Both the position numbers and the translations under genes were made by a program. A stretch of 63,586 nt of DNA, the filler included, from Lama guanicoe (lineage: Eukaryota): assembly GCA_013239625.1 (NCBI GenBank). It is 134 parts of 134 records of this genome, joined end to end, with 100 filler letters (N's around TTAATTAATTAA, not from the genome) between each part and the next. Parts side by side here need not be neighbours in the genome. Positions count along the whole stretch, not along the records: positions 51,289 to 51,665 come from PNXV01058767.1; positions 51,766 to 52,142 come from PNXV01058768.1; positions 52,243 to 52,618 come from PNXV01058769.1; positions 52,719 to 53,095 come from PNXV01058770.1; positions 53,196 to 53,572 come from PNXV01058771.1; positions 53,673 to 54,048 come from PNXV01058772.1; positions 54,149 to 54,524 come from PNXV01058773.1; positions 54,625 to 55,001 come from PNXV01058774.1; 126 more parts are not named here. One strand, 5' to 3'. Below, piece by piece: positions 51,201 through 63,586 of the stretch. The notes beneath the pieces are model-generated. The model saw only the letters and a list, made by a program, of their open reading frames with translations. It did no database searches and had not been told where the DNA came from. Within the stretch, counting starts at the first letter, position 1; every line of letters begins with the position of its first letter.

Positions 51201-52718
51201 NNNNNNNNNNNNNNNNNNNNNNNNNNNNNNNNTTAATTAATTAANNNNNNNNNNNNNNNNNNNNNNNNNNNNNNNNNNNNNNNNNNNNACAATATTAAAA
51301 TATGTCTTTCAAATATGAAAAAAAAGATTGGAGGGTCTCAAAGGGGTACCTGCATAACAAACGCAAGAAAAGAGCTTGTGGGAGAGGTTGGAGGAGGATG
51401 GGGGGCAGGTTCTGTGGGTTTGCCGAGCTCCAGGGGTCAGACCATGTGAACGCCAAGGGCAAGAAGTCAGAGCCTGCAAGTGGCTGTTCTTGAGGCCACT
51501 TGTTTCTCAGCTCCCGGGCTACGGAATGAGTGTGGGAGCCAGACGATGGGGTCAGAGCAGGTGCAAGCCTGTGGAATCCGTGGACTCCCCCACGTCCGCT
51601 GTTCTGCAGCCACGGCTGCGCCGATGCTGTCCTCCTTTCTCCAAGGCCGGGGGCCAACAGGAGGANNNNNNNNNNNNNNNNNNNNNNNNNNNNNNNNNNN
51701 NNNNNNNNNTTAATTAATTAANNNNNNNNNNNNNNNNNNNNNNNNNNNNNNNNNNNNNNNNNNNNTCAGCAGTCATTCGCAATTCTGCATCACCCATCTC
51801 TCCCTCTCTCCTGCGATCCAGTCCTTCACTTACCAACTTCCTACTGGATATCTATCTTTTACTTCCGTTCCTCTCAGGCACCACAAATACAACCTGGCCA
51901 AACTGAAGCCCACTGTCATCTCCCTAAAACTTGCTTCTCTTTTATTTCCTGTAGATTCCTGATGTCACCCACCATCCAAGCAAGCCAGAAATCATATCAC
52001 TTCCCTCCAACTTCTTGCCTCTCATTCAGTCAACCAGATACCAGATTCCACTGCATTTCCCTCAAAACAACCTTCCAGATGAAAGGGGGAGCCCAGTGCC
52101 ATTTGGCTGTGTTTCAACAGGGACTGCTTATGCCCAGGTCATNNNNNNNNNNNNNNNNNNNNNNNNNNNNNNNNNNNNNNNNNNNNTTAATTAATTAANN
52201 NNNNNNNNNNNNNNNNNNNNNNNNNNNNNNNNNNNNNNNNNNAATCTGCTCCATCGCTTTGGTTTAGATGTTGTGTATCTTCTTTTTTGTCTGAAAGCTG
52301 GACAGCACACGGGTTTTGGTCTCATTTCTGAAAATTGGACCACTGATGAGGAAGAAATTCCTGACAGCAGCCTGCAGCTCTGTCACTTTCTCTGATGACT
52401 TTGCCCACACTTGAGTGTCCTTTAACAGAATGCCTGGAATAAGTGGTGCATTTTCCAGGATACTTTCTCCCGTCTTGTGCACCAGCAGAAAATTATAGCA
52501 GTGGTCTCAGTGGACAATGGCACAAACATGAGAGAACGTCTATTATAAATGTGAAAAGTCCACTTGAATGTCAGCATCTGAGGGAGGGGAGGAAAGAAGC
52601 TGCACTGTGCCTTGCTCANNNNNNNNNNNNNNNNNNNNNNNNNNNNNNNNNNNNNNNNNNNNTTAATTAATTAANNNNNNNNNNNNNNNNNNNNNNNNNN
52701 NNNNNNNNNNNNNNNNNN

Positions 52719-53095
52719 AAAAATGATAATATCATCAGATATAGTAGCTTGTTTCATCCAAGCATTTTTTACTGACCTCTTGGCAGTAACAGAAGTTTTT
52801 CTCTTGGTCATCATGTCCTATGACCACTATGTGTCCATCTGCAATCCCCTGCATTATGTGACCATCACAACCAGTAGAGTTTGCCAAAGTTTTGTTTTTT
52901 GCTCTTGGTTGGCTGGACTGTTGGTCATAACCTCCCCCACTTAGTCTGGGGCTAAATTTGAAAATCTGTGACTCAAATGTTATTGATCACTTTCTCTGTG
53001 ATGCTTTCCCCCTCCCTCAAACATCATGTTCAGACACATGGTTCATGGAACAAACTGTAATCTGTGCTTTGCAGACCCTCATTTTACTCTTATGT
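52719..53095 (+). pseudogene. Olfactory receptor pseudogene fragment, OR6C-like (TM3-TM5)
   Basis: E.FLL..MSYDHYVSICNPLHY..RVC..CSWLAGLL..CDSNVIDHFLCDAFPL..SCSDTW. Frameshift near 52935 gives a TAG stop, and DRY has become DHY. Confidence 0.9.
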
Positions 53096-55101
53096 NNNNN
53101 NNNNNNNNNNNNNNNNNNNNNNNNNNNNNNNNNNNNNNNTTAATTAATTAANNNNNNNNNNNNNNNNNNNNNNNNNNNNNNNNNNNNNNNNNNNNAAAGT
53201 CTCTTTTTCTGCGTTAGTTATTTTCAAGATTCTTTTTTTTAATATCTTGAAACATATTAAGCATACTTATTTTATATTCCACGTGAGATAGTGCTAGTGT
53301 CTAAAAGGCTGATTCTGCTGTCTGTTACTTCTGCTGGATTTCACTCAAAGTGCTCTGTTTCCTTGTGTGTTTTATAATGTTTGATGATAACTTCATGGTC
53401 ATTAAAACTTCATCTGGGGAAATTCTGAAGCCTCAGGTGAAATTACGTTCTTCCAAAGAAAGTGTGTGTTGGTATCTGCCAGGCACTTGGGAACTAAACC
53501 TAGTCCAATGCCATTTGAAATTAAATTTTCTGCCTAAAGATTTGGACCACAGACTCAAATGAATGGTTATCANNNNNNNNNNNNNNNNNNNNNNNNNNNN
53601 NNNNNNNNNNNNNNNNTTAATTAATTAANNNNNNNNNNNNNNNNNNNNNNNNNNNNNNNNNNNNNNNNNNNNCTATGCTGTACACCAGAAATTAACACAA
53701 CAGTGTAAATCAACTATACTTGTATTTAAAAAATATTGGCAAGTATTCTCTGAGGGTAGTCATATTTATATTTTTTTCTTATTAGGAATAGTATCATGCC
53801 AGCATAAATTTTTTGTCTCTCAGCTTCAAAACCATCCATCTCTGCTTTGCTTTGTTGATACTGGTCCTCATACTATGAACATTTCCCCTTTTCCAGCTGT
53901 CCAGTACCATGCTAATCAGTAGAGAATGCTGGAGGAACTCTGCTGGAGGAAAAGGCTCTCTTTTTGATACTGATATGTTCTTTCCTGTGGCTGGATGCTG
54001 TGTGGTAACCAGCGGCATATGGGATACTCAGTGGTGTGCACCATTCATNNNNNNNNNNNNNNNNNNNNNNNNNNNNNNNNNNNNNNNNNNNNTTAATTAA
54101 TTAANNNNNNNNNNNNNNNNNNNNNNNNNNNNNNNNNNNNNNNNNNNNCTTTCTTCAATAACCACCATTTTTTAGTAATAGGATAATTGGTTACCAAGTA
54201 TCATAAATTTATGCTGATAACCAGAGAGTGACGTCCAGGAGGGACCATGATATTCAAGGACACTTTTCTGCCTTCACAGCTATTGAAATGGCTGGGACAA
54301 AGACGGTCTACCAGCAGTCTACTACCTGGGAAGTCTCTGTTGTCCTCCATAAAATTCAGGAAAAGAGAATTTTCTGCTAAGAAAAATCTTTCCTCCTACT
54401 TTATTGAATAAATGAGCCAGAAAACACACCCACACACACCCAAGCAGAGAAGCAAATTTTCTTGGCTTAATGAAATATCTCCAAACAGAAAAACTATGAA
54501 TGAACGTTACTAAACCTCAAAGAGNNNNNNNNNNNNNNNNNNNNNNNNNNNNNNNNNNNNNNNNNNNNTTAATTAATTAANNNNNNNNNNNNNNNNNNNN
54601 NNNNNNNNNNNNNNNNNNNNNNNNCAGGGGCTTCCCACGTTTGGTTCTCCTTCTGGTCACATGGAGGATTGTACTTCCCTAGTCCCTTGAACCTGGGGGA
54701 GACCTGTGTAGCTAACTTTGGTCAATGAGCTGTGGGCGCACATGATGTGAGTCACTTCTAAACTGAGACATGTAATGCTAGGGCAAAATCTTCCAGAGAT
54801 TTTTTTTTTAAGGCAGATATATGAGAGATCATGGTATCTTCTGGAAATTCCCTTTCAAGTGGGGAGTAATTGAAGAGTTTGGCAAGTAGGCACAAGAATT
54901 TTTAAGCTATTCAAAGGGGATTCAATGTTTAAATTGTGAAACCTGGCTGGGGAGGGAGAAGGAAACGAGGAATTAACGCCAAGATGGTAAGAGGGGTGGT
55001 GNNNNNNNNNNNNNNNNNNNNNNNNNNNNNNNNNNNNNNNNNNNNTTAATTAATTAANNNNNNNNNNNNNNNNNNNNNNNNNNNNNNNNNNNNNNNNNNN
55101 N

Positions 55102-55478
55102 CTGGCAGTCGGGGTGGTAGTTCTGGCGCCCCTGCGAGGGCCCCGCGGGCATCACGGCTGGCGGCGTGGGCGTGGCAGGCTTGAAGCCCAAGGCGAAGGC
55201 GGTGCCGAAGCGGGGGCTGCCGGGCCGGCAGCGGCGGGAGCCAAGATGGCGGCAGCAACGACGGCCTCAAGGCGTTCCCAGGGTAGGCGATGAGGGTGGC
55301 CGGAGGTGGGCGGCGCGCTCTGCATCTGGACTGGAGGCGGTGACCTACGGGGGCAGTGACGGTGAGGACGGGGGCCTCGAGGCGCACCCATTGGGCTCTG
55401 AGATGGGACCAGAGGGCGGGTCCGTTACCTCAGGGGTTGGAACTGGGTGAAGATCCTTTGGCCGGGGAGGAGGGGTGC
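55102..55478 (+). promoter_or_regulatory. CpG island with probable first exon (ATG 55246, donor after 55282; MAAATTASRRSQ..)
   Basis: ccaagATGGCGGC is a YY1 consensus overlapping a good start context, followed by cagg|gtaggc. Confidence 0.55.
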
Positions 55479-58400
55479 NNNNNNNNNNNNNNNNNNNNNN
55501 NNNNNNNNNNNNNNNNNNNNNNTTAATTAATTAANNNNNNNNNNNNNNNNNNNNNNNNNNNNNNNNNNNNNNNNNNNNTTGGTTACACTCCACGTGTATC
55601 TTTCCTGTGTCTATTTCCAAATGTTTGATGGTTCCACACATAATAATCACTCATCTATCTATGGGAGTGTTGCTAATTTTCTTACAACTTCAGAACCGTC
55701 ACAATTCTTGGGGGAAAGACACGTACTGATGGCAGAAATGATAAATATGCGTAGAGAAGCAAAAAGAAAAGGTGCGATGCTGTCATTCTGCAAAGGCTGA
55801 TTTTTCAGCCTGACCCTCAAATTAAGACCAGTGATCTGTGAGCTGCTGGTAGCATGAGTGAGAAATATATGGAATTTTAAGGACTGTTGATTACCGCTAG
55901 CCGAAGCTGTCCGGTAAAGTCGCATTCCTTCTAAAAGCATCATGTAATTCTTGTTNNNNNNNNNNNNNNNNNNNNNNNNNNNNNNNNNNNNNNNNNNNNT
56001 TAATTAATTAANNNNNNNNNNNNNNNNNNNNNNNNNNNNNNNNNNNNNNNNNNNNATATACAATAGACATCTCAAAACCAAAAAATTATCTGAAAGAAAA
56101 ATCAATGAGGTGATTAAAATTTTTAATTGTTAAATAGTGCTTTCTTAATTTCAAATGTTTATGGTATAAAAATAGCCCAGTTAACTTTAAACTAGACAAT
56201 TATAACTTTCTTTTTATTATTTTTCCATTAGGTTGAAACCTAAATCAAGATAACTCTCATGGTTTGGAGAAATAGTGGAAAATTAATAGCAAAAGGGTAA
56301 GTCGGTTACCTTTTTGGTTGTACTTTTGGCAATAAGTTGACCCTCCAGATACATTTATGAACTAATGCTTCAATTTATCAATAAATTCTTCACATATTCT
56401 GTTTGGGATGAGTCATCTTGCTGTCATCTCATNNNNNNNNNNNNNNNNNNNNNNNNNNNNNNNNNNNNNNNNNNNNTTAATTAATTAANNNNNNNNNNNN
56501 NNNNNNNNNNNNNNNNNNNNNNNNNNNNNNNNCATGCCATTCTCCCCTCTCCTTTAAGAGAGCTTGCAAACGTAATTGCTATTAAATAGGCCTGTAGCCA
56601 ACACAAGTAAATTAGATTTCTCTTTATAAGGAGGATGAAGAGAATGAATATTGGCTAGGCAGTTAGGATAAATTAATTCTTCCTAACAACATTTCAGATG
56701 TCTCTTTTATAAATAACAATGGTCATTCATAAAGAATTGAGTTTGAGGAAATGACAATGATTTTACCTTTCCCAGGAAATATTGAATGCGTATGTCATTC
56801 AGATATTTATGTTTCACATAACATATTTTATCTATCTATATATATTTAATAAAATTACAAGACTTTGGTGTTTATATATTTACTATTCCTACTAGATTCT
56901 TGCTAAAGTNNNNNNNNNNNNNNNNNNNNNNNNNNNNNNNNNNNNNNNNNNNNTTAATTAATTAANNNNNNNNNNNNNNNNNNNNNNNNNNNNNNNNNNN
57001 NNNNNNNNNTTGACGTCCATGTGCAGTGTTAAAAATGCAATTGATGTCTGTGTATTTATTGTGCAACTATTCAGCATTGATTTGTAATGTTGTCTACAGT
57101 TTTGCTGGAAAATTATGGAAAAGTGAATTTGTAAATATGGCACCATTGTAACCACACCAAGTCGTCATCTGCATCAAATAAAATGGCTCATGATTATAAT
57201 CTTTCCAAAGTGTCTCTGCAGTTTCTGTGGGGAGGAGTGGGACCTTGTTGGGGCTTGGGCACTACGTGCACTTTTTTCTTAAATCATTCCACTTCTGACA
57301 CGGTATTGATATAGCACTTTAAAAAGGAATTTATTTTCCTCTCAGTTGAGTCGTGCCATAAGCTTTACCTCCACAAAAAAATGATCNNNNNNNNNNNNNN
57401 NNNNNNNNNNNNNNNNNNNNNNNNNNNNNNTTAATTAATTAANNNNNNNNNNNNNNNNNNNNNNNNNNNNNNNNNNNNNNNNNNNNAAGTGACTTTTCCA
57501 TCTTATTCTCTAACCATTTTTCTCTTTTTCTACCATATAATGTGACATTTAAAAAATAGTTTTAAAAGTGACAGAAAAAGTTACGGAACTATTGATTTGT
57601 AATGCTTCAATTAAAGTTGTTTTTGTAGTCTTCAAATTGATTACATGGATTATATAGATACACTCAAATGTAATGAGAAATTTTAATGAGTTAGTACGAC
57701 CCATATTTTCAAACATATGCCATTTCTGAAACTCCATATTTCCTTAAATATTCTTAGACATGTAGTAAAATATTTACATTTTAAGGGGAAATATAATTGA
57801 ATCCTAATGAATATACTTGTTTCTTCTTTGGGTCACATTCAGACACTATCAATCTTTTTTTTTNNNNNNNNNNNNNNNNNNNNNNNNNNNNNNNNNNNNN
57901 NNNNNNNTTAATTAATTAANNNNNNNNNNNNNNNNNNNNNNNNNNNNNNNNNNNNNNNNNNNNACCAATCAACAAGAGACCAAATTTTCTGTTTTTATGA
58001 GTTTTGTATTTGGCTGTGAGAAACATTCAATAATAATTAAATCTATAATATAGCTCAGGTATTGTAAATGCTGTGAAGCATTAAAAAATTGGGTAAGGGT
58101 GTGGAGAAAATTAGGGACTGGGTATTTAAGGAAAACCTTTCTGTGAATTAATAGTCAGTCAAGAGCTGAATAAAGCAAGGAGGTTAAGCCCTGTGGATAT
58201 TTGAGGCGGGGATGGTATAGACAAATGCAAGGGCTTGCATCACCGTGGCTGGGGTTGATTGTGTCAGAACTGAAGGGAAGAATGAGTGGGTGAGGTGTAG
58301 AGGTAGCCTGGGGAAAAATCATGTAGGGAACTGTAAGCCTNNNNNNNNNNNNNNNNNNNNNNNNNNNNNNNNNNNNNNNNNNNNTTAATTAATTAANNNN

Positions 58401-59393
58401 NNNNNNNNNNNNNNNNNNNNNNNNNNNNNNNNNNNNNNNNCCTGCCGAGGACCATTTAGGGAGAGGCCAATGGCCAGGACAGAGCCCCACGGAGCCTAAG
58501 GCAGGGCCTCAGGGAAAGAGGGCCAGGCCAGTGGATGGCTGGGTCCGCACCTGGCACGGGGGACCTCTGGCAGCTCCCACAGCATCTGAATTGCGGCTTC
58601 CTCTGTGCTGGGCTCCCTCGAGCTGGCTCGCCCTCTCCCCTCAGCCACACCAAGCACCCTGGGGTCGTACTCTGCTGAGACCGTACTCTGCCAGCCTGCT
58701 GACCAAAGGTGAGGGCTGGAAGAGGCTCGCGGGCTCTGACTCTGGGGCCGGGGCTCAGCGTGGTCACTGGGCTCTCCTCTCCAGAGGTGCTCCCTGGGTG
58801 ACTGTCTCCCCCAAGCCNNNNNNNNNNNNNNNNNNNNNNNNNNNNNNNNNNNNNNNNNNNNTTAATTAATTAANNNNNNNNNNNNNNNNNNNNNNNNNNN
58901 NNNNNNNNNNNNNNNNNAGTGGGTTGCAATATTTTATCCCTGAAAGCTTTTTACAAAGAGGAAAAAAGAGGTGCATACTCAGAATTATAATTTCCCTGTT
59001 TAGGGTGATATAGAATAAAACTCATAGGGCACTGTGACTTGCTATGCATTAATGGATTCTTCTCTGCTAACGTTAGTAGCACTTCAATGGCAGAGAATAG
59101 AAAGAAGTCTGTTTTCTTCTCTTGATGTTATTTGCTTAGTTTGTAAACTAATATTTGTTTGGCTTCCCAGGGAAGAAACAATGGCTGAATTGTATTTTGA
59201 AACTCAGGGAAAAATAATAAAAATGTTCTATGCATTGTTTAATTCTTTCTTTCCTTTTGTGTTTCTTTTTTATTTTTTGCAATATTTCAATAANNNNNNN
59301 NNNNNNNNNNNNNNNNNNNNNNNNNNNNNNNNNNNNNTTAATTAATTAANNNNNNNNNNNNNNNNNNNNNNNNNNNNNNNNNNNNNNNNNNNN

Positions 59394-59770
59394 AGGAATC
59401 CATGAATGTCATTAGTTTACTTCATGTTGATATATGAATGGACACATTATACTGAGTGAGAACAGACACAAAGCATCATGTATTGTATGATTCCATTTGT
59501 ATGAAATGTCTAGATAAATTCATAGAGACATAAAGCAGATTAGTGGTTGCCAGGGACTCGGGGGAAGAGAACAGAAAATGACTGTGGGTATGGGATTTCT
59601 TTTTGACATGATAAAAATGCTGTGGATTTAGTGGTCTTGTACAACATTGGGAATATAGTACAAGTTACTGACTTGCAATACTTCAAAATGTATAAAATGG
59701 TGGATTTTATGGTATATGAACTTTACCACCAAAAAATTTAATAAAATTGGACAAAAATTAATAAAATTAT
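59394..59770 (+). mobile_element. L1MB/ME 3'UTR fragment
   Basis: tattgtatgattccatttgtatgaaatgtctaga...gcagattagtggttgccaggg...attttatggtatatgaac. Confidence 0.85.
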
Positions 59771-61454
59771 NNNNNNNNNNNNNNNNNNNNNNNNNNNNNN
59801 NNNNNNNNNNNNNNTTAATTAATTAANNNNNNNNNNNNNNNNNNNNNNNNNNNNNNNNNNNNNNNNNNNNTTTTTTTAAACAAAAAAGTAATAGTCTCAC
59901 TTCTCTCCACCAAAATCCTCAGTTATAGCTATCTTCAAAGCCAGAAGTTCACATACTAATTTTTTGGGGGAAGCCATCTATAGCTGCAAACCACTCTTCA
60001 GAAGGACAGTGTGTAGGGTCCAGCCTACTTTCACATTACTGAGGTCTCTGAGTGTCTCATTTTTCCAAACTGAAATGGCAGGACCATCTCCTAGTGTCAA
60101 AAGGCCAGAAAAGAGTAGAATTTTGACTTTTCTGAGTCCCTCTCTTTTTATGTCGTTAGCTAATTGCTTTGACCTATGAACTTGAGCTTTTAAATTTATG
60201 GGCTTTGTTGGTAAAATAGAAAAATAGAAGAGGTAATCTCAAAGTAANNNNNNNNNNNNNNNNNNNNNNNNNNNNNNNNNNNNNNNNNNNNTTAATTAAT
60301 TAANNNNNNNNNNNNNNNNNNNNNNNNNNNNNNNNNNNNNNNNNNNNCGCGGTGAAGGGGGAGCTGCTCTTTATAGTGGACATGCTAGCAAGAAAGCATG
60401 GTCACCTCAGTTGTGATTCTCTCTAAACCTCATGCCTCAATACTGTGAATACACGTGCTTTCCACCTATTACTCACTTTTCCTCCTTCTAAATGTTGGCT
60501 TGCTCCATCAAAGATAATGAAATACGAAGTGGCGTAACCAGGTTTTGGACCAGAAGGTAATAACCCCGATAATGCTTGTGGAATGAATGTGTTCAATATG
60601 GCAGGATCATATTTTTAGGATTAATTTCCCTTTGTTGCTGAATTGCTTATGAAAATTCAATATTGCTGTGAAATACTATAATGTAGCAATTTTTATTTCC
60701 AACTTTTAGTTCCCATTGAGTTTTNNNNNNNNNNNNNNNNNNNNNNNNNNNNNNNNNNNNNNNNNNNNTTAATTAATTAANNNNNNNNNNNNNNNNNNNN
60801 NNNNNNNNNNNNNNNNNNNNNNNNCCATCACAGGAAATGTCTCACAGGTGATGAGATCAGGAGTGGAAAACCGGGACCCATTTATTCCTGTGCAGTGGCA
60901 CCAGTTTGTAGTCTCTTCACAGACTTGTGACGTGCTCCACATCTACCCCTGAGCTTCAGGGGCAGGTGCACTTTGACCCTTTAGCTCATAAAGTTTCTTC
61001 TCACCACATGTCCTTGGCTCTTTTAACCCTTCTCCTTCCAGCCCTCACGTTCACACTTCCTCCTGTAACTCGACTTGTGAGGACTGTTGTTGGTCCTTAG
61101 CATATCCATCAGTTTCAAATGTTGGGTAGAAGGAAAGTGATGCATTGGAAACCGAGATAAGACAGGAAATGGGTCATATAAACAGGAGAACGTCATCGGT
61201 CNNNNNNNNNNNNNNNNNNNNNNNNNNNNNNNNNNNNNNNNNNNNTTAATTAATTAANNNNNNNNNNNNNNNNNNNNNNNNNNNNNNNNNNNNNNNNNNN
61301 NAGCCATGACAATCTCAGGTATGCAGCTGTGAGAAATGAAAACATAGATCCCCAAAAAACTGATATTCAAATGGCCACAGCAAAATTATTGGTACTAGAG
61401 AAAAAAAGAATACAAATTGTGTGGACACGAGTTCACATACGTGTCTCCATCCTG

Positions 61455-61678
61455 AGGCGCAGCCCCGCCCCCAGACCACAGGAGCCAATCCGCGTGCTCG
61501 CTGCCCGGCCCCGCCCCAGAGCCCCTCCTTAGCTGCGCCCCTCCCTCTGCCTACCGGCCCGCCGGTTGTTCAGGCAGGCAAGCGGCAGTTGGCAGTTGGT
61601 CTTAGCAGCCGGCGGTTCCGACGTCCCTCAGGTCTTCCGAGGCGGCTGCTGAGGCGGCGGCAGTGGCGCGGTCCCTCC
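61455..61678 (+). promoter_or_regulatory. GC-box/CCAAT promoter and CpG-island start
   Basis: ccccgccccc, agccaatc and ccccgcccc, followed by CpG-rich 5'UTR-like sequence. Confidence 0.6.
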
Positions 61679-63209
61679 NNNNNNNNNNNNNNNNNNNNNN
61701 NNNNNNNNNNNNNNNNNNNNNNTTAATTAATTAANNNNNNNNNNNNNNNNNNNNNNNNNNNNNNNNNNNNNNNNNNNNAGATTTTTACATGCATCATCAC
61801 TCAACATACTATTCTCTTAATTACTTCTTGGATCATCCCTTAAGCTAAAGGAGTTACCAGTTTCTCTCTCTATAGCCATGCACACTGCCTTGATAGTCGT
61901 GGCATTATTCAATCTTCAAAGCCTAAAAAGTTGGCCTAAAAGGCTAAAACCCTGCCTCACCTTCATTTACCCTCACTGGGCTTGTTCTGTGACTTGCAAA
62001 TTACCTGTCATGAGTCTCTCTCCATCCCATACACATTGCGTTTCATTTCTTTCCCTGAAGAACAAATTCTAAACATTCTGCGAGGAACCACTGTAGATTC
62101 ACAAATGTTTTCAACTCAAAAAATGGGCCTTTCTTACACTCAAAATCTGTCCTCTNNNNNNNNNNNNNNNNNNNNNNNNNNNNNNNNNNNNNNNNNNNNT
62201 TAATTAATTAANNNNNNNNNNNNNNNNNNNNNNNNNNNNNNNNNNNNNNNNNNNNGTTAAGGAATACAATCCAGAAGCACAGACAGCACTAGCAAGATGC
62301 AGCCTCAGGACCGGCATACCTGGCAGGCTGCCCGGAGGAAGCTGCACAGCTGGGGCGTGTCGACCTTCGGGACCACGGCAGCGCCACCAGGGCTGCCCCG
62401 TCACTCCCTGAAAGATAGCTCATGTGAAACCAGCTAGGTGGACTCACAGGCACACGTCACAAACTTAAAGTTGTTGCAAACAAATGAGGAGCACAGACTG
62501 CCCAAATTAAGAGCAGGGAGTGTTGGGGGAGCCCATCTGCAACGCGCCTGTTTGAGGGTGAGCTCCTTCCCTTGTGTGGGCCTGGATCGGGGCCCAGACA
62601 CTAGGGGTTCTGAACAGCCAGGAGGCGGCTGGNNNNNNNNNNNNNNNNNNNNNNNNNNNNNNNNNNNNNNNNNNNNTTAATTAATTAANNNNNNNNNNNN
62701 NNNNNNNNNNNNNNNNNNNNNNNNNNNNNNNNTGGCTCATATTAATTTCATGAGTTGTTCCTTAATTTCAAAGTTGTTACAACTTGTTACTTATTTGATG
62801 TATTTATCCTAGAGAAACCTAACTTGTATCCTTATAACATTCATCCTATCAAAAACATGCTTTATAAAGCATTCAAGATCAAATTCCATAATTTTAAGTT
62901 TATTAATGATAGAAAAATAAACTGAGGCATGACAGTAATACCTCTAGCTACCTCATTTTCCCTTTGATGATAAAATTTAAAACAAAGCCTTCTAGACAAC
63001 CAGAATCATGATAATAAGGGCCAATAAAATTATCATATTTGACAAAGAATGAATTTTACATATAAAGGTACATTTACCTCATTTATATAATACTATCCAT
63101 ATTTTTAAANNNNNNNNNNNNNNNNNNNNNNNNNNNNNNNNNNNNNNNNNNNNTTAATTAATTAANNNNNNNNNNNNNNNNNNNNNNNNNNNNNNNNNNN
63201 NNNNNNNNN

Positions 63210-63586
63210 GAAGGTGCTGTACCTCAATTAAGCAACAATAAATCTAATATGTTCCCTAAACAAACAGATGCTAAAGGCAATTAAGTGATACATTTAAAAT
63301 GCTAAAAGTTTGCAATTATACATCATAAAAAACATTCTTTTCGAAAGTAAAGGTGACCTATAGTTTCCTCTAGATCAAGGAGCATTTATCCTTATCTCAT
63401 TAAAGTTCATTTAAAGTCAATTTTAACATCTTTACATTTCATGCTACATGGGATTTAAAAGTACAGTTTTTTAATGATACAATTTCTATAGCATTAAATA
63501 AAACAAACACCTAGAACTAGTGAAAATGCATGCTTACTGTATTTTAATGTGTACAAAACTGCTACACAGAATTCTACATAAGTTAT
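63210..63586 (+). repeat. Near-identical copy of contig 44625-45000
   Basis: Same start and end, with about 11 internal differences counted by eye. Confidence 0.97.

Noticed and set aside
52243..52482. Minus-strand 72-aa ORF that looks protein-like
   Set aside because: I recognise no family and see no clear splice sites. A BLASTx search would be needed.
57010..57200. 3'UTR end with AATAAA at ~57177
   Set aside because: Plausible from composition, but AATAAA alone is too weak and no gene could be assigned.

Overview
This is not a contiguous locus. It is an artificial concatenation of about 134 short unplaced contigs (mostly 373-377 bp, length rising along the window), each joined by the same 100-bp linker: N44-TTAATTAATTAA-N44. 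Adjacent fragments are unlinked, and most ORFs in the supplied track are artefacts that run into the linker. The DNA is placental mammal and most likely camelid, judging from a Vic-1-type tRNA-derived SINE. It is dominated by fragments of L1, L2, MIR, MaLR/ERV LTRs and MER20, plus several CpG-island promoter pieces. Gene pieces recognised from recalled protein sequences: TARBP1 exon 1, an intact OCA2 exon, a TPRX-family homeobox exon, the HNRNPR C-terminus (probably a retrocopy), an EMID1 processed pseudogene and an OR6C-type olfactory receptor pseudogene. The most interesting unexplained structure is a ~248-bp satellite seen in two independent contigs, a 42-bp minisatellite, a pair of near-identical bubble contigs, and several orphan candidate exons including a 12-nt microexon. 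I see no evidence for a novel multi-gene system, and the concatenated format could not show one. No database searches were run.
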